This document shows positions 26,043 to 39,843 of a stretch of DNA of 64,000 nt, piece by piece (the first letter of the stretch is position 1; each line of letters begins with the position of its first letter). The notes below the pieces were generated by a model. That model did no database searches, was not told the DNA's origin, and saw only the letters and a list, made by a program, of their open reading frames with translations. The stretch comes from Somniosus microcephalus (Eukaryota), in the NCBI GenBank assembly GCA_052327205.1, contig CM126214.1, positions 102,300,001 to 102,364,000 of the forward strand, given 5' to 3'. A program made the translations under genes and the position numbers.

Positions 26043-27339
26043 TAATGGTAAGGTGACACAAAGGTTACATAGAATTTATAGCACAGTAACAGGCCATTCA
26101 GCCCAGCTGGCATTTATACTCCACACCAGCTTCCTTCAACTCTACTTCATCTCATCCTATCAACATATCCTTCGATCCTTTCTCTCTGATGTACTTTGAG
26201 GTGCTCCTTAAATGCACCCCCTTCAGGATGAGTTTTCTTCACTTATTGACAGATTTCCATTCCTTGCTCACTAACTCTTGGAAACTAAAAGGGAGAAGCC
26301 TGACATTAACAGAAGTCAATATTGCAAAACCAAATTTGTAGTTGCCCTTCAAATTACAAATATCTTCACCAAAAGGTCTCAGCACCTCCCATTCTTTGCA
26401 ATAACTAAAATCAATGTAGGTTTGAAATCAGCTCCGCGAGGGCTATTTCCAACACGCAGCAGGGAAGGATGGCTTTTATATAGTTTTTCCAAGTATTTCA
26501 CTCAGCTTTTTCCACTGTTGATCAGGAGGAATATTCTAGTTTGCTGCATTTTTAAAAATTAAATATTTTAAGCAGAAACAGGCAAAAGTTCCTAAATGTA
26601 AATCCCACAGATCTATGCAAAAGTTCAGCTTTTAAAAAAAGTTGCTGGCTGTTTGACAACTGCAACAATCTTTTAACTATAGTGGCTAACTAATTTTGCA
26701 AGTCACTGTGTGAATTCTGGAATCATGTCAATTTGAGACTTGAACAGACAAACATATATCACACATACTTCTACACTTTCATATTCCCCTCCCAAAAAAA
26801 TTGCAATGCTACCAATACGGTTGACTAATAATTAATCAGTAATTTCCAGTTTTGCATCTTCATCTCCATTTTATTATGGAAGGTTTGAACATTGGAATGT
26901 TGAAACTTCGAAGAGCAAAGACTTCAGTTACTGAAGGCAGGAAAAGACCTTTATCCCAACTAGTCATTCATTACGTTTCTTCTCACTGCAATGAAGCAAA
27001 TGTCAATCAATATGGTAACTTTCTGATCCCTTTAAATGCAAGAACATAGGCCAAGTACAGAATGCAGCCCTGCTGGTAACTGAATGATATTTGCTCTAAT
27101 TCATGATATACCAATGTGCAAAAATATAGCACGTTTTTTGGGGAAGACCATTGCACATGAATAATTAGCTTCTCTACAACAGCGGCTGGTCTCTTCAATA
27201 ATTTGGAGATAGAAAATGTTATTCACTAGAAATGGAGCTTAAGTCTTGCAAAATTTATATTAAATATTTGCAGTTCTAAAGAAATGTACATCATCTATTT
27301 AGACGGATATAGCAAACTGGAATAAAGAGCCGATCGTCA

Positions 27340-27690
27340 TAGTTCTGCTGCACACCCCTCAATTTTCTCACTTCTTTTCCTGAAGGTGAATACTCATACT
27401 TGGGTACAGTACCATGAATGTTGACATCCTTCACTGTCTCACACAAGTGGGCTTTCTTCATCCAAATCTAGCCACCGAGAGGCATTGGATTATTTTACCA
27501 TGGGGCAGGGGACCACAACAGAGTCAAATCCTGTCCTCACTATATCACAGAGCATATTTTCCAGTAGAGATCACTGAATAGCAGGAACCCTGCAAGATTT
27601 CCCTAGCCCGAGCACCGAGGGGAATTGTAGCACCTGAATACTACCCTGGCTGAGATCAGATAATTCAACACAATACATTGCCTTGAAATC
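27340..27690 (-). mobile_element. Old tRNA-derived SINE-like repeat (relatives at about 14560-14970, 37380-37460 and 62780-63130)
   Basis: Shared motifs (tcctgtcctc; gagatcagctaa) across four diverged copies. Family not identified. Confidence 0.45.
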
Positions 27691-27860
27691 AGTAGCAATT
27701 AACTTGTTATATTTCATATTAAAGATTAGTTCTTCATTAATTCTTTATTCCAAACAAAATCAGGCCGTTAACCCTGTTATTACTCTTTGCAGATAAATGG
27801 ACAGGAAAGCTGAAATCTCAATTGCTGCATGATCTGTGACAAGAGGGTTAAAATTCTAAT

Positions 27861-28812
27861 ATGATCAAACTTGGTGCAGTGAAATGGTACTTTATATTCA
27901 CTATTTTAATAGTTCTGGGCATACTTGTATACTTGAACAAAATTTCATATTACATTAAGGATCCTACTGTGCAAAATGGATTCCAGCATAATTTCAGCAT
28001 ATGCTGTAGTGCAATTTTAAACAGTGAAGAGAAAGCATGCCAGTTTGGAGATGTCTGCCAAAAGGAGAAGCCAGAAACATTCCACATTCAGGACCCAGTT
28101 AACTGCTCCAGAATCGTACTAGAACATCACTTCATAACAAGTTATCTGTCACAAGAAGAAGCCAGCTATCCCCTGGCTTACATTATCACTATCCACAAAG
28201 AGCTTGAACTGTTTGTAAAACTTCTGCGAGCAATTTATAGTCCACAGAATGTTTATTGCATCCATGTTGACCAAAAGTCACCAGAAGATTACAAGAGAAA
28301 GATAAAGAGCTTGGCTGACTGCTTTGATAACATCTTTATAGCTTCAAAATTGGAACATGTAGTTTATGGTGGATTCTCACGCCTGCAAGCAGACATAAAT
28401 TGTATGAAAGATCTTGTAAACTCAGCGGTCGACTGGAAGAACGTCATCAACCTCTGTGGACAAGATTTCCCAATTAAAACCAACAGGGAAATCATTTGGT
28501 ACTTAAAGAGCAAATGGAAGGGCAAGAATATCACACCAGGAATGCAGCAACCACCACATATGAAATACAGGACAGAGTACATTCACAAAGAGCAGATAGA
28601 TAATGGCAACGCCCACATTTATCGACTTAACAAGAAGAAAACTGCACCACCACTGGAGCTCACTATTTATTTCGGAAGTGCATACTACACACTCACTAGA
28701 AAATTTGTGCAATTTGTACTGGAAGATGCGCGTGCAAAAGCTCTTCTCGAGTGGTCCCGAGATACATACAGCCCCGATGAACATTACTGGGTGACACTGA
28801 ATCGCTTAAAGG
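27861..28812 (+). CDS. GCNT7: GCNT7-like core-2/I-branching beta-1,6-N-acetylglucosaminyltransferase (GT14), coding exon 1
   Basis: N-terminal TM anchor, then GT14 motifs YPLAYIITIHKE, LRAIYSPQNVYCIHVDQKS, RLQADINCMKDL, INLCGQDFPIKTN and WSRDTYSPDEHYWVTLNR. Phase-1 donor G|GTAAG after 28812; upstream acceptor ttgcag at 27791-27792. Confidence 0.92.
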
Positions 28813-31274
28813 GTAAGATCAGTAACTTCAACTCGAGTGAAAGCTAATTTGACATTAAGCGAAAGGTCTCTCATGATTAATGAAGTTGATCACAATGGGG
28901 TACATTTTAGAAACACCTCCCAGGTTTCATGCACCCCAGGAACACTAATTGGCCCTGAAGGGTAGTGTGCCCAGTTTCTAGCCCGACAAACTTTCTGTCC
29001 ATAATGGAGACACTATTGGTTGCCACTGATGTTTCTCATCTATGTGAAATGATAAATAGAAAACTCGGGTCAATAACTTGCAACTTTCTTTCAAGCTATA
29101 AGCCTAAATTTTTTACATCTGCACCAACAGCAAAGTATTCTACCCACCACATATCAGAATACACATCAGCCGTGGATGGGTAATCTCACCAGCACACACT
29201 CGGAAATTTTACTAAATAGTCAAAATTCAACTTCAATGTCCAAATTGAAACAGGGTTTTTTTGTCTCTTGTTAAGGCAAATATTTTTCCCTCTTCTCTTG
29301 AAAACTCATTATTCAGGAGAGGAAAAACTATTGAAAGAAAATTATTCAGCCTGTACATAGGGGTGCAGTTACCAAAAAGATAAAACACCAAAGCTTGACA
29401 TCAAAGTCTATTCTCTGTGCTACATAAAGGGGACCAAGTCCCTAATAGGCAATTTGTTCATAGCACCAAACTGGTACAAATTGGCACAAAGCGGGTAGTT
29501 TCAGAAAGAGAGATCAAATGCAGGAAAGAAGAATTCCCCGATGGTAAGCAGGGATATGTAATGCTGAGCAATGTGGCTTTACCCTATAGCTAGTCTGTAC
29601 TATACCTAATCCAAGAGTTACGCATGCCTGGTGCCCAAAGTGGACAGGTGTTGCTTCCCCAGTAACATCCACCCTCAACTTGATGAATACAAAAATATTT
29701 TTATTTCCTACATCTGTCCTCTCTTTCTGATCCTACCAATGTGTAACAGATTTGTATCGTTAACAAACTGCCCCTTAGGAACTAGGTTAGCATTCATTTC
29801 ACTTGGGGCCCTTTTAGCCAGTGCAGACAGGAGACTTCAATATTATGGCATGGAATTTCCTGCAATGGCGTTATTGGTGATGATTGCCACACGTAAGACC
29901 GTTCTTCACCCTAAACCTCCAGCGCTGATTCAAAGCCAAGATTTCCTGATAAACTTATCATCATACGCCATAGTGATAATAGTAGTGATCCAAAGAGCTT
30001 TAAAGCGGTGCTAGCGCTCAGTCAGACCAGCTGTATAAGACAGTGGTGCTACTGCTCAATGGGAATCCTTTTGCAGTTTATAAAACAGTAAGAAAACAGC
30101 AGCCCTTCTAAATTAACAGCCATCAAACTGCCTTGTAATATTCTTGCAGTTATATCCAGGATGTTGTTAATTCATAAATCCTCAAAGATCATGGGTAAAT
30201 CACAAGTGTAATTAGAATTTAACTGTACCTCTCTTATTGGTTCAAAAACATCTCTTGTAAATCTGAAATTAATTCTGATTCCTATCAAAGCCCACTACTT
30301 GCAATGTCTTGGTTGGCCATCGTATGAATAAAGTAAATTATCATTTTTAAAAAGAGCCCATGGAGAGTGTATAATTTTTGTACTTTTAGACTATGCATAC
30401 ACTATCTTGTCGTTGAAAGAACTGCAGTATTGCTATGGCATCATTTGATGCACTGTGTTAAATTTAATCAATTATCTATCTCATAATTGTCCCAATAGTA
30501 ACCGATTTATTGAGCCTGACTCTCGAGTGCCTTTCTGAAACAACATTCCCGCAAGTGGTGATAAAACAGGCCTAAATACAGCAAATTGGCCCTCGCCACT
30601 GTTTTCAATGGGGGGGGGGGGGGGGGGGGGGGGGTGTTGCTGCTGTGCGGAACTTACATTGCTATCCTTTCCCGGTTTTGCCGCTGGTTCCGGCAGAACG
30701 GTACTAACTCAGCAAATTATGATGTTGCTAGAACTGTGCCATTATTCACTAATGCCATAATATCCTGGGACTTCAGTGGTGATCGCAATGGCCTTCTCCG
30801 TTATTTCACCATTACTGTGGCGCTACAGCCCAGCTAATTCCGGGCCCGTCAGTCTTGGCAGGATTCAAACTCTTGCTCAGGTCTCTCCAGTCTGATGTAG
30901 TATTTTCATCTACATTCAGTAATTTTTGTAACTAGATATTCTTCCAACAACTCATTAAACAGTTTATTGCACAAATGTTTTACTGTGCTTGCGTTTGGAG
31001 GGGGCAGGAAAAATGCTTCAACTCTCCATCAGTGTTGCCTTCAATTTATTTTGGGTGCGTGGCCCATTCATGCACGGTTTTTCCCATTTAAAAGTCGGCT
31101 GCGCGAGAGCTCCAGAGCGAAGGGAACATTGCACTCTATTTTAGCTTGAAGCTCATGTCCTATAGCTTTATGGTCAGAGTAGTTGATAGATGAACTACAG
31201 TCAATGCTAAGTCATTTAAAACCTTTTTTTTTAAAAAAAGATAAGCATCTGGTTAGGAACAGAAATTAATTTTT

Positions 31275-32606
31275 GGCCCAGATTTTGCAGTCAGCGGCGA
31301 AGAGACAGCGCTCACCACTGACCGCGCAGAAAGCTGCCCACAAAGATCTCGTGATCTCTGTGGCATCAATTCACCTTTCCCGACATTATTTGATTCTGGC
31401 GCCAAATCTAGGGGATCTCTAGCATCAGAGATGTCATCAAGCAGGCTAAGCAGTCCCGAGACTTCCGATCCTGGGCCTATCCTGGTGCGCGTGCAGAGGC
31501 CCAGGTATCCCAGGGGCGCAGGAGGTTCGCAAGCGCCACGGGGATCACGTGGGCCATGGGGAACCAATCAAAGAAGGGAATCCCCCTTCACACTTTTGAC
31601 AGGTCTCTCCGCATAGATCGGTCAAAAGTATGAATGGGGATCACTTAAAGTTAAACATTAAATAATTTTTTTTAAATCACGAATTTAAAATTCGTTAAAA
31701 TTACATTAAATTAAATATTTTAAACAAAAATTAAATTTTTTGAAAAAAATTATTTTTACATGGCTAAAATAAGCTTACCTTTTTAAAAAAAAGTATTTTA
31801 AAATTACAACGGAGTGAAAAAAACATTTTTTTTTAAACTCTTATGCTGGTAAAAGCAGGCCTTACGCCTGCTTTTTACCAGGCGCAAGATTTTTAAAGGT
31901 TTTCAGCAGGCAGAGGTTGTGCAGAAAGCAGAACTCTCTGCCCGCAGAGGCCCATCTCCCGGGCAGAATTATTGACAGATTGTAAGTGCCGGGTTTTAGT
32001 TCATGCGCTTCACATGCCTGAAACCGGCACTTGCGAGGCCCCTACGGGTGCGTACACACCTCTTACGCACCTGTGGGGGGTCGGAATATTCGGCCCATTG
32101 AGGAATTCTCTCAGACTGCAAACCAGGAAGTAAATGCAGAGCATCCTTCACTTTTTATAAATTTTACAGAGAGCGAAATAAAGATTGGGACATACACATG
32201 AGATTAAAATAGAAGCTGAAATATCATAAACAAAGTTAAAAAATAATTATATTAAATATGGAATTTTTATTATAGAAAAAATTGACATTCCACAAATATA
32301 AAATTAGTTTTTCAGGACCAGAGTGGTTGTTAAGCAGTTATTATGGCTTAGAATGCCATTTAAAACACAGTTACACCTCGTTGAACAAGGCTCAACTTAT
32401 GCAGGCTTTTTAACTGCGATATTACAGCGTAAAAGTTCTCATCGGTTCAGTGATTTCTGAAAGCCTGCCTAGTGCGGGGTCTTCAACAGCATGTCCCATG
32501 GAGGAGCAGGGAATCACTGACAGAAACTTATGGATTTTCGCACTTAACAGGGTAATGACGACGAACACTGACAATTTTGTCGTCATTACTACTGAAAATC
32601 CAGGCC
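31275..32606. mobile_element. Older Harbinger-like MITE hosting 31454-32096
   Basis: Ends GGCCCAGATTTTGCAG / CTGAAAATCCAGGCC. A related fragment lies at about 2950-3430. Confidence 0.5.
31454..32096. mobile_element. Inverted, one-end-truncated copy of the 60015 MITE nested in an older MITE
   Basis: Long reverse-complement similarity to 60015-60660. Confidence 0.7.
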
Positions 32607-33155
32607 ATTAAGATATGGATGCTAAGAATTGAAGGATTTTATGGAATAGGATTGTTCCTGAGCTGATGGGATCATGGAACTTGTCACTTCAAGGATGATA
32701 GATAATGGAAATGTTTTTCTTCATTTATCTTTGCTGGGCCAGGGAGAAACTTTCTTTGGAAGACTGACTAGGTTAGGTATAAGTCACAATGAGAGTGGAT
32801 CGCACATGGTTTGTGGAAGGAACCCAGTTGATGGGTTCAGTGGCCTTTCCCTATCCATGTTTACTCTTCATTCAGATCCATTGGCTGCTGTTGTCGATCC
32901 ACTCTCTGTTGATTTCAGTTATCCTCCAGTGACTTTTGCAGGACAGCTTACTTTTTGAATCCTTGCATCTTTGGAAAAAAGTTCTTCATTGCCTTTCGGG
33001 TATACCTGACCATCTTATAGAACAACTGCATCTGGCTTTATCGACACTGTGTTTGCTGCCAACATATGTTCTTTAAATAATCATCATGTTTTTAGGGCTT
33101 CTTGGGGTATATACTGTACAAAAGAAAACCGTCTTATATATTTCTTTCTTTCCAG

Positions 33156-33251
33156 ATGCACCTGGTACAACCCCAAATCTTACATGGGAAGGCAATATAC
33201 GGGCAGTAAAATGGGCACCCCATGTAGGACCATCATTTGATGGCTGTAAAG
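33156..33251 (+). CDS. GCNT7: GCNT7 coding exon 2 (DAPGTTPNLTWEGNIRAVKW...DGCK)
   Basis: Pyrimidine tract plus ccAG acceptor (33154-55) and G|GTAAG donor. The 96-bp phase 1-1 exon keeps frame. WEGNIRAVKW..DGCKG is GCNT7-like. Confidence 0.9.
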
Positions 33252-34384
33252 GTAAGCAGCAGAGAATGCATATCCCTATTTTATTGTCAACACCTGATTC
33301 TGTGCATGTGTGCACACATGTCTCTGGTGTGTGCTTGTATATAAACAATGCCTCCACTGAATTGTAAATTAACAGCGCAGGTACACCTAAAAAAAAAATC
33401 AACAAGCTGCCCTTGCAGTAGAAAATACGGTTTTGGGCAAGATTCATAATCAGATTTCCCTAGGTCAGTGTGCTGCTAATTTGGCGGCCAGAGCAAAGAT
33501 TAGATGTCCAGTCAACAGGCATTTTTCCCTCCTTTTAATTTTTTTTTTGCAATTCCACTTCATCACTTCTAAAGTTAATGTCTTTAGTCACTTACTGTTT
33601 TGAGAGTGGGAGGACTGTAGCTTACAAAGCAACTTTTTTTTTTTTTAAGTCCAAATTTCTCCCCTCCTCTGCAGACAGCAGTGGCTCATATTGGAGTACT
33701 GTGCCACAAAGGCACAGTAGCTCAGCCATGTAAACTCAAGACAATGAGCAGTAGCAGATTATCTGATCACGCAACACATTGCAGCCAAGCAGACCTTGCA
33801 GCAGATTTTTCTCTCCCTAAAACAAGAACACAGAGCCCAACTACATCTCTCACTACTGCCCTGGCTGAATCAGCTAAACGTATCATGGACCAGGGCTTGA
33901 AAACTAACTCTGTACTGCTTATGTACCTTAGTACTGTACCTACTGAGCCAAGGGAGGAGAACTGGGAGAGCAAATTTAGTTTTAAAATTAAGTTTAAATA
34001 TCAGAGAACTCACAATAAATGAAAAGGTAACAGAAGGAGTAACTACCCATTCAGCTGCTATTTTAAGTTTGAAGAAAAACAGGCATATGCCTTTTGTAGT
34101 GACATGCACACAAATAGGTATTCCTTTCTCATTTAGTCTCAAACTGTTTCAACTGTTATTTTATTCTTAATATAACTACCAGATTATGACAACATTAGTA
34201 AGAGTAAGGGCATTTTTATATTTCCACTAGAGCATCACTATAAAGCACTTCTCATATCACTAAAATAAAATTACAGTATAGCTCTGGAGTTATGATTCAG
34301 TTCAAGGTAAGGCAGTGCAAGATCCCTGGAGCAAATGGTATTGAATTGCTGGGCTTAATACTGCCTGGAGTATAACTCCAGTAC

Positions 34385-34755
34385 CAAACGTATAAAATTC
34401 TGACAGGGCTAGACAGGCTGGATGCAGGGGGGATGTTTCCCCTGGCTGGGGGGTCTAGAACGAGGGGTCACATTCTCAGGATACGGGGTAGGACATTTAG
34501 GACTGAGTTGAGGAGAAATGTCTTCACTCAGAGGGTGCTGAACCTGTGGAATTCTCTACCACAGAAGGCTGTGGAGGCCAAGTCACTGAATATATTTAAG
34601 GAGATAATAGATAGATTTCTAGATACAAAAGGCGTCAAGGGGTATGGGGAGAGAGCGGGAATATGGTATTGAGATAGAGGATCAGCCATGATCATAATGA
34701 ATGGCGGAGCAGGCTCGAAGGGCCGAATGGCCTGCTCCTATGTTTCTATGTTTCT
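34385..34755 (+). mobile_element. CR1 3' fragment in GCNT7 intron 2
   Basis: RTRGH.LRIRG, WNSLPQ and a (TTTCTATG) tail. Confidence 0.85.
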
Positions 34756-35054
34756 ACCTGGAATATGAAGTGCTCACAGGGTCCCTTGGACACTTTTTTA
34801 ATTCATTTGGTGTTGCTTTTATGTGGACACTCCCTGCCAGTCTTTTTAAAACATTAAAATTTTAACTGTTGGGAGAGGAACTCTGCACATGAGTGCAAGC
34901 TCACACTGTGCAAGGCTATCTCTTATGGAGGAGAACTGCAGATAGAAATAAGGTACTGCCTGGCTGTAAATAATGCTGGAGCAACTAGTCTCAGACCATC
35001 AGTTTTATTGTAGTGAATATCTGTACTGTAAAATAGGATGTCTTTATTTTTCAG

Positions 35055-35251
35055 GGCATTATATCAGAGATATCTGTGTGTATGGCCTCGGAGATCTAAA
35101 ATGGATCATTCAACAACCAGCCATGTTTGCCAATAAGTTTGAACTGACTGTGTGCCCTCCGACTGTGTGGTGTATGGAGCAATGGTACAGAGATCGGATA
35201 CTTAATCAAACTTCAGCAACTATACAGCCACACTGGTACCTCCAGGACTAA
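35055..35251 (+). CDS. GCNT7: GCNT7 coding exon 3 (GHYIRDICVYGLGDLKW...FANKFE...stop)
   Basis: tttttcAG acceptor (35053-54) and GT14 C-terminal motifs ICVYG.GDL and FANKF. Spliced CDS is 952+96+197=1245 nt, i.e. 414 aa plus stop. Confidence 0.9.
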
Positions 35252-35563
35252 GGCATTTTGATATGAAGATGAAGATTCAAACAAGGAGGAAAGTTGCTCC
35301 AAAAGCAACTAATTGAAATTAATCTCAGGGGCATTCTGAAACATATTCTGTATACACTGCCACAGTTTTCAAGTGCACATCCAGCTTCATCTTAGAAGGT
35401 AGCTGTTTCTGTTCACGGGTATCATGAAGATTAATGCAAATGTATAACTGGGTGAGTGACCAGTTAGCTCCTTATGATCCATGTAAATAGTACATGCCAT
35501 TTGGGACAATTTCTACACTTTTATTTAGGATGGCTCACATGCAAGCTGTAATTTTAATTTTTC

Positions 35564-35569
35564 AATAAA
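35564..35569 (+). promoter_or_regulatory. Candidate GCNT7 polyadenylation signal
   Basis: AATAAA about 310 bp after the stop codon, followed by T/GT-rich sequence. Confidence 0.5.
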
Positions 35570-35804
35570 GAATCTTGGTATTTATATCTGGTCTTAATAT
35601 TTATATACATGCATTTATTAAAATTATCACATTTTAAAAATGAATGTATATACAATTAAACTTAATTAGTATTTCTAATGTTAAATCTGCAATTCCATTA
35701 AATGCATGTACACTCAGTGGATAATAAGCCTGAAAAGGATAAATTACAGCGGGAGATAATAGTCTGTAAACGGGGTTTCCAGAATTCAGCAATTCCATGC
35801 CTGG

Positions 35805-36162
35805 GGTCAGCTTCAGCTTACCTCCTTGGTAGCACTCTGACCTCAAAGTTAGAAGGCAGTAGATTCAAGGTCCATTCTAGAATTTGAGCACAAAACCTAG
35901 GCCGGCAGTCAGTGCAGTACTGAGGGAGTGCTGAATTGTTGAAGAGCAAGGGAGTTCTCCCAGTGTCCAGCCAACATTTATCCTTCAACTATCATCAAAA
36001 CAGATTAACTGGTCGTTTACCTTACTGCCTGTTTGTGGGGTCTTGCTGTGAACAAATTGGCTGCCATGTTTGCTTACATAACAACAGTGACGACATGTCA
36101 AGAAGTAATTCATTGGTCCGGATGATCTGAAAAGTGCAATATAAATGCAAGTTTTTTCTTTT
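35805..36162 (+). mobile_element. SacSINE1-like SINE, diverged
   Basis: Similar to 59003-59428 with internal deletions. Confidence 0.7.
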
Positions 36163-37477
36163 CAAAATAAGCAGCAGAATTTTATGTTTGGTGCATAGAT
36201 TATCTTGGACAATGGTATTAATAAACAGTGAATAGATAGTTTTGTTTAAAACTCTAGTAATAATGCTTTGGCCATCAGTAATGGCTAGTGAGAGTGTAGG
36301 TGGAGACATAGCTCCTTTGATATGCAGGTGCAGTATTATTGGCTATAGCACATCTATGACTGGAAACTGCAGAGGTATTTCCATGCAAGTGACATTGTTT
36401 GCCTTGAAGCGTTTTAAAGTAATTGGAGTAAATAGGAAATACAATACATATCACCATTCACAAGACTAACTATGCTTTATATTACATAAATATTTGTCAT
36501 CCTTCATTGCTGCTCCACAGTACATCCTCAATTTATTCAACTGGTAGCAAAATGAATGAAGCAATTATTATTAATTCAGTGATCAAATTTATCACACCGC
36601 AAGATGACTTTGGGTTTGGGACTACCACTTGCCCTTCTATCCAATTGTAGAGAAGGATCTGCTGCATTCACCCTCTGAGAAGTCTGCACTTACTGTATAT
36701 GGAACTGTACAGTAATAGCAAAAGCAAGTTTGGCAACAGACTTTAATTCGTCTTTGGATGAGTCATAATGTTACATTTTGTTGTACGGTATTTTACCCTG
36801 TTAACATGAGTGAATGTTATGAGTGAAATATAGACAATTGCTCGCAGTGGCTTTGAGACTCACTTGTCATAGCATTTGGCATTGCAGCAGCTCCAGGAAT
36901 CTAATGCTTTCGGCCTATTATGAGGATTTTGAGAGGGAAGCCTGCTACATTTGCAGAGGGAAAATGTAAGCTGCAGATCACAGGAAATAACTGTCATTAC
37001 GGGAGCAGGACAGGCCAAATGTTAATCCACCCACCACCATGATGCAGGTGGTAATGAAACATTTAAAAAGTCAGCCCAATAATGACAGAAAAATGCAATG
37101 CAAAATTCAGGATGGATGATTTTCAAAACCGAAAAATTCAAGGCTAATTACGTGCTCAGTTCATTATAATACTGATGCAGCAACAATGGAAACCAGCACT
37201 GAAATGTTTGCATTTCCTAAATGTGTTTGGTTGTATTAAAATAAAAATATTTTAAAACCTATACGACTTGCTTTTGTTTTAATGCTCTACGCCTATATTA
37301 CTAAGGGGTGCCTCCCTCATTCAAAACTTTAGAAGTACTGAATAGCTCTGCTGTTGGCTCAAATATGGAAGATCCCATGTTTTATCCCTGGGTTCTATGC
37401 CGATTTAGCTGATCTCAGCAAGAGCAGTGGTAGAGCTACAATGATTAGACTCTGGCCTCCCAAGTACGCCCAACATA

Positions 37478-37850
37478 GATTCCAAATTGTCTAAAACGCT
37501 GCTGCCCACATCCTTTCCCACACTAATCCCCATTACTGCCCCTGTCCTCACTCACTTCTATTCACTCCTCATCCCCAATCCAAAATCCTTGTCCTTATTT
37601 ATAAAGGACCTCCATGGCTTCATAGCAAACCCACCCCCACCCCCTTCCACCCATTACATACACCAGCAGTCTCCTCTAGGTCAACATCCCAGCCGCACCC
37701 TCTGCTCTTCCAATTATGGACTCCAATATATCCTCCTCCTTCTGCTCCACCTCCAGCAGCAGAGCTGCTTTCGTCCCACACTCTGGAACACCTTGCCTAA
37801 TTCCATTTCTGCTCAGTGTCCATTTTTTTCTAAGTTAAAGGCACTATACA
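37478..37850 (+). mobile_element. Decayed L2 3' fragment
   Basis: PI...L..., PTLWN.LP and an aggcactat tail. Confidence 0.5.
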
Positions 37851-38219
37851 ATATAGCACCCGTGGACCAAGGTGTGAATGGGGAGTCCTCATAGGCTATC
37901 CCAATCCCTTCCTCAGGTGAGTACAGGATCAGTACTGGATGTGATCAAACAGTCTGCCTGCACTGACTGTCCAGGACTTGTGAAAAGAGATTCATTAACA
38001 CACACAGCTTATTATCCCATTTCCTCCGATTGTCGATTGATGCAAGAACCCCCACTTTTTCACTTTGTAGCTGATCTGGGCTGTTCACCACGTGATGTTG
38101 GTGGCTGCCATTCTCAAGGTATAGATGTTATGACTCCTAGGAACTGATCCATATACAGATATCTATCTCAAAGCCTATTTCATATACCACTTACATGGCA
38201 TTATTACTTCCAACATGCA

Positions 38220-38545
38220 TAGTAGTGTAGCGGTTAAGATACTGGATGAGCAACCCTGAGTTCATTCATTCAAATCTCACCATGGCAAGCTATGAAACTG
38301 AATTCAATAAATATAGTAATTTGTGGGCTGGTATCAGTAAAAATAACCATGAAAGATGCCAAACTGATTTAAAAACCCAACTGGTTCACGAACATCCTTC
38401 GGGGAAAGGAACATGCTAGCCCTATTCGGTCTGGCCTGCATGTCACTCCAGTCCCAAAGCAGTTGACTCAATGCCCTGTAAGGTAGCCTAACAAGCCACT
38501 CACCTTGCTTGCACCACCTACATCTCAGGAATGAATAAAGAAAAT
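38220..38545 (+). mobile_element. tRNA-derived SINE sharing its head and extreme tail with the 50368 LINE
   Basis: Degenerate A/B boxes, shared ...accatgaaa...aaaaaccca.ct.gttcac segment, and tail catctcaggaatgaataaa. Confidence 0.6.
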
Positions 38546-39477
38546 GCAATGTCTGCCTGCATCTCCAATTCACCCTTTTTTATACTTTTACCAGGTTCAG
38601 ACTACTGGCACAACACTGCAATAACTCCATTCTTGCAAGATCCATGTGTGCGCGTCTGTTCAAACATCATCAATGAACTTTAAACCAGTGTTTGCAAACT
38701 AGCATTTGCAATTTCATGCTTCTGGCTGAAGACCTCCTCAATGCTGGATGAAGGCATGTACAGGCTAGCAATATAAATATCGTATTGCTGGCCAGTCAGG
38801 CAGGCCGAGATACAGGCTCACTTACAGTTACTTCCATATGCAACTTAATTTATATTACAAGGATGCCTTTGGAGACATTACTGTAATATCAATGGTGTAT
38901 TAACTGATTATATCAAGATATGGCTTTGAGATCAACTTGAAAAAGATCAAAAACAGATCAAGAAGTAAAGCTGAATGAACGGAAGGGAGAAGGCTACACT
39001 ACAACAAATTCAAGTAATAATTCATCACGAGAAAAAGGGTTGCAGAAACTCAAATCAATAACCAAGGTTCTTCAGTGAACAAATGTAAAGAGTTCAGCTG
39101 AGGAAATAATACTGAATTATAGTAACATAGGAGCAGGAGCTGGCTGGTAGTCTAACACCTCCAACAGCTCGAGGAGAGACCCAACAGAAGCTACCGCTGT
39201 TGCGGACAGAGACATCCGTCAACATTCATCAACATCCGTGCATTTCATTCAGTCCGTTCCATCGCAGGGCCCTCACCTGTCACGGGTTGTATGTCTACTA
39301 TATCTATTTCAATCGCATGTAGTATCTGATTATACTTAAAGCGTAACTCGATAATAAAAAGCCTTACAACTCCCAAGACCCTTTGGGTAATCTGTGTGTG
39401 ACCTGTGATGCAAATCTGACATTGTGTACATTTAACAAGACGTCAGTCTATTGGAGCACAGCCTTCTAATTTCCTAC

Positions 39478-39556
39478 CTTGTGGCAAACTTCAGTCTTTA
39501 TCTCTTTCATAGCACGGTCCGAGAATACACAGCCACAGGCACGGAGGTAGCAAAAT
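39478..39556 (-). CDS. RTF2: RTF2 (replication termination factor 2) internal exon, equivalent to human exon 5: FCYLRACGCVFSDRAMKEIKTEVCHK
   Basis: Minus strand reads ttccttacAG|ATTTTGC...CACAAG|GTagga, 79 bp. The peptide matches the RTF2 RING-like segment (human FCFLRCCGCVFSERALKEIKAEVCHT, from memory). Absent from the ORF track. Confidence 0.9.
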
Positions 39557-39843
39557 CTGTAAGGAAATCAGTCAGGTCACAAATGATAATCACAGTAACA
39601 GTGGACTACTTCTCAAACCTTTTATAACTTGACCTAGATTGTAAATGCAGAGGTGAGGGAGGCATGTCAGTCAGGTATCTCTTTTATGGGAGGCAACCAT
39701 CAGCTGTTTCAATGGCAACAAAACTGAATTAAAGGACCTGCTACGTTCAGGTTTCAAATGTATCGCCTTCTCTTTCAATTGTTTCACAAAACTTCCTGTA
39801 AGCGAACCTTTCCCTTTATGATCCAAAAGCTGCATCTTCTACA

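Noticed and set aside
28813-28847. GCNT7 as a single-exon 328-aa protein
   Set aside because: The ORF end is intron read-through; the missing GT14 C-terminus is in exons 2-3.
30610-30634. Poly-G run
   Set aside because: A simple homopolymer of unreliable length, probably within a decayed MITE.
38882-39368. Possible solo LTR (TGTAA...AATAAA...TTACA)
   Set aside because: No matching TSD found and no second copy in the window.
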